Positions 59,656 to 64,000 of a DNA stretch of 64,000 bases are shown one piece after another; positions within the stretch are counted from its first letter, which is position 1, and the number at the start of each line of letters is the position of its first letter. The DNA is from Alphaproteobacteria bacterium (GTDB lineage: Bacteria > Pseudomonadota > Alphaproteobacteria > MPNO01 > UBA830). The DNA is taken from positions 2,656,001 to 2,720,000 of the forward strand of contig OZ251539.1 in assembly GCA_965243135.1 (NCBI GenBank). Direction: 5' to 3'. The position numbers and the translations under genes were made by a program. The notes below the pieces were generated by a model. It had not been told where the DNA came from and searched no databases. It saw only the letters and a list, made by a program, of their open reading frames with translations.

Positions 59656-60699
59656 ATGACCGAATCCAGACGATCTTTTCTCGGCAGCGGCGTTGCCGCG
59701 GCGCTGGGAGCCTCCGCGTTGGCCGCGTCGGCGGCGCATGGCCGCCCGACGATTCGCTGGCGCCTTCAGACCTATGCGAATCCGGCCCTTGCGGAACATG
59801 TCGTCAAGCCCGCGGTGGACGCTTTCAACCGGGCCGCCAACGGCGAAATGGAGATCGAGCTCTTTTTCGCCGACCAGCTCGCGCCCGCAAGCGAGCTTTT
59901 CGAGGCGTTGCGGAACGGCACGGTCGACATCGCGCAATCCGACGACGATTCGATCGCCGCTCCGACCGACGTATCCGTGTTCGGAGGCTATTTTCCGCTT
60001 GCCCTGCGATACAGCCTCGACGTGCCCGTCCTGTTCAGCCGCTACGGGCTCGGCGAAATCTGGGATGCCGCCTACGCTGAAGTCGGCGGCGTCAAATGGC
60101 TGTCGGCGGGCGCGTGGGACCCGTGCCATTTCGCGACAAGGAAACCGATCCGGCGGCTGGCCGATCTGGAGGGCAAACGCATTTTCACCTTTCCGACCGC
60201 CGGACGCTTTCTCCGGAGATTCGGGGTAGTCCCCGTCACGCTGCCATGGGACGAAGTGGGATCGGCGATGCGGAACGGGGCGCTCGACGGCATCGCGTGG
60301 TCGGGAATCACGGAGAACTACACGGTCGGCTGGGCGGACGTGACCGAATACTTCCTCACGAACAACATCTCGGGGGCCTGGATCGGCCATTTTTTCGCGA
60401 ACGAGGATCGCTGGAACGCCCTTCCTGAGCACCTCAAAACGTTGTGGCGTCTGGCGATGGATTCGTCCCATTATTACCGTCAGCACTGGTACTGGGGCGG
60501 CGAGGCCGATCTCAGGACTCGGGGATCCAGAATGCAACTCACCTCCATTCCGGCCGAGGAATGGGCCACGGTCGAAGCCGAGGCCGACCGGTTCTGGGAC
60601 GAGATTGCGGCAGTCAGTCCGCGTGCGAGGCAAGTGGTCGAGATTTTCCGGCAATACAACGCCATCATGGCGAAAGCGGGCCAACCTTACCGCTGTTAG
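59656..60699 (+). CDS. TRAP solute-binding protein with Tat signal
   Basis: SRRSFL twin-arginine signal, WRLQTY, DLEGKRI, GALDG; no permeases adjacent. Confidence 0.88.
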   Translation: MTESRRSFLGSGVAAALGASALAASAAHGRPTIRWRLQTYANPALAEHVVKPAVDAFNRAANGEMEIELFFADQLAPASELFEALRNGTVDIAQSDDDSIAAPTDVSVFGGYFPLALRYSLDVPVLFSRYGLGEIWDAAYAEVGGVKWLSAGAWDPCHFATRKPIRRLADLEGKRIFTFPTAGRFLRRFGVVPVTLPWDEVGSAMRNGALDGIAWSGITENYTVGWADVTEYFLTNNISGAWIGHFFANEDRWNALPEHLKTLWRLAMDSSHYYRQHWYWGGEADLRTRGSRMQLTSIPAEEWATVEAEADRFWDEIAAVSPRARQVVEIFRQYNAIMAKAGQPYRC

Positions 60700-61145
60700 T
60701 TCGGCGGCTTTTTCCGCTCTTGTGCCGGCTCGCCGCGCTTCTGCCCGGCGCGCCGAGGAAAGGAGAAAACTGATCGTATGCGCCAACTCTTTGTCCGTCG
60801 CGCAGCCGACTTCGAGTCGGGGCTGCCCGCCTGCGAGGTTGGCGAGATCCTGCCGGCCCCTGCCGCCCGGCTGCGTTCTCCTTGCGGCGAATTGACTCGC
60901 CAGCCCCCCAACGGCGGAAACTGCCGGTCGTCTGCGTTGCGCTTCCGACCTCGTAGGGGGTATATGATCGCCAAGATTTTCGTAGACCTTTCCGGGAGCT
61001 TCGGTACTGTCTGGCTCGGGAAAATTTTCTCGCTTCGCGGCAGTTCGTCCATTGGCGATGACGCCTCCTCTGCGGCTACCCGCGAATGCTGTCCGTCTTG
61101 GCGGGAATTGACGTAATCTTGGCGCATGCGCTTGAGGAAGAGGCC

Positions 61146-64000
61146 ATGGAACCGCCTCCACGGGCAGTTTACGACGACCCTGCACGCCACTGGGACTTCT
61201 TGACCCGGCCCTCGGACGACGACTTCGAAGGTCAGCACTTCGACCGCAAGGAGGCTGGCCAAAGGACGAGCGAAGCTCGGAGACTCGAAAAGCAACTGAA
61301 ACGACTCCGGGATGGTATCGCCGAAACGGTTTCCGCCTTCGCCAACAGCAATGTCGAGGGCGGCCTCCTCGTGATCGGAATCGCTTCCAACGGCGCCGTC
61401 GAAGGCGTCAACCATCTGACGGAGCGGCAGAAGAACAGCCTCACCGACATTGGGAGCCTGCTCCACTTTCAGGCGGCCGAAGCGAAGCTTCACGTATGCA
61501 CGGACTCAGCTGGCCAAAGCAACGCCATCTGTCTGATCTATACCCCCTATGCGGACAGCGGCATCTGCGAAACGCCGGGATCTGCACCGAAAGCGTGGGA
61601 GCGACGCGGCCCCCAGAACGTGCCCGTTACGCTGGAGATGCGAGAGCGGCTCAGAGACAGGAAAAATCTTTCGAATTTCGAAAATGCGTTCTGTTGCCCC
61701 TATGACCCAACCGATCTCTCGAATGACGTTCTTGCGGAGTTCCGCAAGGTGTTTCTCCCGGAAGCGGTTAAGGACTTCTCGGACGAACGGCTGCTTTATG
61801 AGGCGGGGGCGCTGATCCGCAGGGATGGAGAATACTGGTTTACGAATGCCGGGCTTCTGTTCTTCGGATCGAATCCGCAACGGGTGCTTCCTGCATCGCA
61901 CGTCCGCTTGTTGCGATTCGGAGCGATCTCTGGGGATTTCGCTAAGCGCGGGCTGCCTACATTCGACCAGAAGTTTACGGGCCCGGTAACGAAGCAGATC
62001 CGCGAAGCGAGGACGTTCTTCAGAGAATCCGCGTTCTTCAAGCGATATCAAAAGCGTCGGGAGGCAGGCGGCTTCGCCGAGGAACCCGAGTTTCCGCCCA
62101 CCGTCATCGACGAGGCCATAGTGAACGCCGTGGCGCATCGGGACTATCGGACCGCCATACCGATCGAATGCGAAGCCTACGCGGATGCCTTCGTCGTCAA
62201 GAACCCAGGCCGGATGACGCAACGTGACGCCGATCTTCCATCCCGTTTCTCGTTGGCGGATGTCGTGCTCGACTCGATGCCTAGGAATCCCAAGATTTTG
62301 GAGTGGTTGAAGCTGATGCGGGATCCCCGCGGCGCAGCGTACGTACAAGCCATCAGCGAAGGCACGAAGCAGATGGTCACGGCCATGGAAGATCTCGGAT
62401 TGCCCGCTCCTTCATTCCGCCTGGCCTCGAACGAGACATTGATCAAGATCGAAAGCAAAGCTGAAGAACGCGAAGCCGCTATCCTGGCCGCGAACGAAGA
62501 CAAGCCAACGGAATTCTGCAATCTGTTTCTCCTGAGGTTTCGACAGCAAGGAAATCCGGTCGGGTACGATGCCTTCGGCTCGCGGTATGGAGAGATCGTC
62601 AAGACGCTGCGCGACGCTCTCAAGGGAAACGGATGGCATATCGACAGGGATGGATTCAGCAGGATATTGGCGCATAGAAAAGGCATGGAGCTTGAAGCGC
62701 CGGAAGACGTGAGATCCATTTTGCGTTTCTATCCAGCGTACGAATTCCAGATTCGAGAGTATCATCGGCGCTATTATTTGTGCATCGACTATAAATGCTT
62801 GGCTCTCAACGTAAGGAAGCTCTCCGTTGCGAGACAACGACTCGCCCGAACCGATCTGGAAGGCCGACGTTGCATCGCGGAGAAGCACGGATGGAGGGAA
62901 GGCCGTCTGTCTGAATTCGGCGACGAATTCGCGCAAGTCCGGTTCTTTGATACCGAAACGGAAGAGTCCGTTTCCGTCGATAAAGTTATTCCCAATGTCT
63001 CCAATGCGATGTTGGAAACCATGCTGAAGAAGGAAGGATCCTCGTTCGATTTCTCTGCTGCGCTCCGAAAGCACAGTTTGGTCACGAGGTCGAACGCCGC
63101 GAAGGAACGGGCGGAGAGAACGCTGACTATGGCGAATCATATTGCGGATACGGTGTTTCCATTGCGACATTGCGACCTCGACATAGACGTCGTTTCCGAT
63201 CCGGTTCGACTTTCTGAACGAAAAGGATCTTCGAAAGGCGAAATGTTCGTTCGACGCTTGCCGGAGCCGGAGGCGGAGTTTCGGCAACGCGAGCTGTCGC
63301 GAGATATCCGGACCGGAATCACGAAGTACGGTGCATATGACGATCAACCGCAGCGGATCGAGCTGATTCCCGTTTGCACGAATTCGATGCGAAAGGGAAT
63401 GGAAAAATTGATCGGTCGCTTGGTAGGGGGACGGCATAGATACCGTGGATCCGAACGCACTTTTGCGGCGGAGTTCTCGTATTCGACGATCGTCTCCGTG
63501 GATCGCGTCGAAAATATCCGGGGAGAAATCGAACGTCTGCTGGACCGGCGGCCAAAAGGCCACGCCGACGCACGGTCCCTCTTTCTCGTTTACGCTCCGG
63601 AAGAGGGCTATTCACGCGATGACCATACGGCGCCATATTTCGCCAACAAGAGACTGTTGCTGGAAAGAGGCGCGCCCTGTCAGATGGTTGATACGCCGAC
63701 ACTTGAGAACGCCGATTGGAAGGACCTGAATCTGGCCTTGAACATCTGCGCCAAATGCGGCGTTCGACCCTGGGTCTTGCCCGATAGAATCCCGGAAGCG
63801 GATTTTTTCGTGGGACTGTCCTATACGCAATCCGAAGACGGTCGGCGAATCATGGGTTTTTCCAACGTATTCAACAGCTACGGCAGGTGGGAGTTCTATC
63901 GCGGAAATGCCTCGTATTTTGATTTCGAGGATCGAAGCGTTCGGCTTGCCGGTTTGATTGAATCAACGTTAGAAAGACTCGAATCCCGACTGTCTTCGAC
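61146..64000 (+). CDS. Schlafen/AlbA_2 + HATPase_c_4-like + long prokaryotic Argonaute fusion (3'-truncated by window; not in ORF track)
   Basis: Stop-free frame of 951 codons from ATG 61146 after GAGGAAGAGG; EGQHFDRK and SAFANS..GGLLVIGI; EAIVNAVAHRDY, NPG, PRNP; MID Y831-K835-Q846-K870, NLALNICAKCG.PW; PIWI start DFFVGLSY. Confidence 0.88.
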   Translation, partial: MEPPPRAVYDDPARHWDFLTRPSDDDFEGQHFDRKEAGQRTSEARRLEKQLKRLRDGIAETVSAFANSNVEGGLLVIGIASNGAVEGVNHLTERQKNSLTDIGSLLHFQAAEAKLHVCTDSAGQSNAICLIYTPYADSGICETPGSAPKAWERRGPQNVPVTLEMRERLRDRKNLSNFENAFCCPYDPTDLSNDVLAEFRKVFLPEAVKDFSDERLLYEAGALIRRDGEYWFTNAGLLFFGSNPQRVLPASHVRLLRFGAISGDFAKRGLPTFDQKFTGPVTKQIREARTFFRESAFFKRYQKRREAGGFAEEPEFPPTVIDEAIVNAVAHRDYRTAIPIECEAYADAFVVKNPGRMTQRDADLPSRFSLADVVLDSMPRNPKILEWLKLMRDPRGAAYVQAISEGTKQMVTAMEDLGLPAPSFRLASNETLIKIESKAEEREAAILAANEDKPTEFCNLFLLRFRQQGNPVGYDAFGSRYGEIVKTLRDALKGNGWHIDRDGFSRILAHRKGMELEAPEDVRSILRFYPAYEFQIREYHRRYYLCIDYKCLALNVRKLSVARQRLARTDLEGRRCIAEKHGWREGRLSEFGDEFAQVRFFDTETEESVSVDKVIPNVSNAMLETMLKKEGSSFDFSAALRKHSLVTRSNAAKERAERTLTMANHIADTVFPLRHCDLDIDVVSDPVRLSERKGSSKGEMFVRRLPEPEAEFRQRELSRDIRTGITKYGAYDDQPQRIELIPVCTNSMRKGMEKLIGRLVGGRHRYRGSERTFAAEFSYSTIVSVDRVENIRGEIERLLDRRPKGHADARSLFLVYAPEEGYSRDDHTAPYFANKRLLLERGAPCQMVDTPTLENADWKDLNLALNICAKCGVRPWVLPDRIPEADFFVGLSYTQSEDGRRIMGFSNVFNSYGRWEFYRGNASYFDFEDRSVRLAGLIESTLERLESRLSS

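Noticed and set aside
60696-63830. Minus-strand ORFs 60696-61493, 61506-62348, 62412-63563 and others
   Set aside because: Shadows of the plus-strand Schlafen-Argonaute frame, which has an RBS and ordered domain motifs.

Overview
High-GC Alphaproteobacterial (Rhodospirillales-like) chromosomal segment. Housekeeping backbone: chvG'-chvI, topA-rnr-rpmG, lysC-NMO-rodZ-hisS-prfA-prmC, ubiG, tRNA-Arg(CCG), thrS-infC and dapF-mtaB-ftsY. Four kinds of accessory DNA interrupt it. (1) Three copies of an AAA-ATPase/PD-(D/E)XK nuclease gene, one split by a precisely bounded, decayed group II intron (9261-12831) whose RT gene is itself split by an intact IS with TIRs and a 9-bp TSD. (2) An aromatic-catabolism region with three Rieske oxygenases, two divergent UbiD decarboxylases, a GS-like ligase, a maleate-isomerase-like protein and MFS/TRAP transporters. 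(3) Many eroded relics (ISAs1 twice, mmcB). (4) A visibly lower-GC putative defence region after ftsY. The top finding is missing from the supplied ORF track because it runs off the window: a >=951-codon ORF from 61146 encoding a Schlafen/AlbA_2 + HATPase_c_4-like module fused to a long prokaryotic Argonaute, with an intact MID pocket and an apparently non-catalytic PIWI. All family calls come from manual motif recognition, not database searches.
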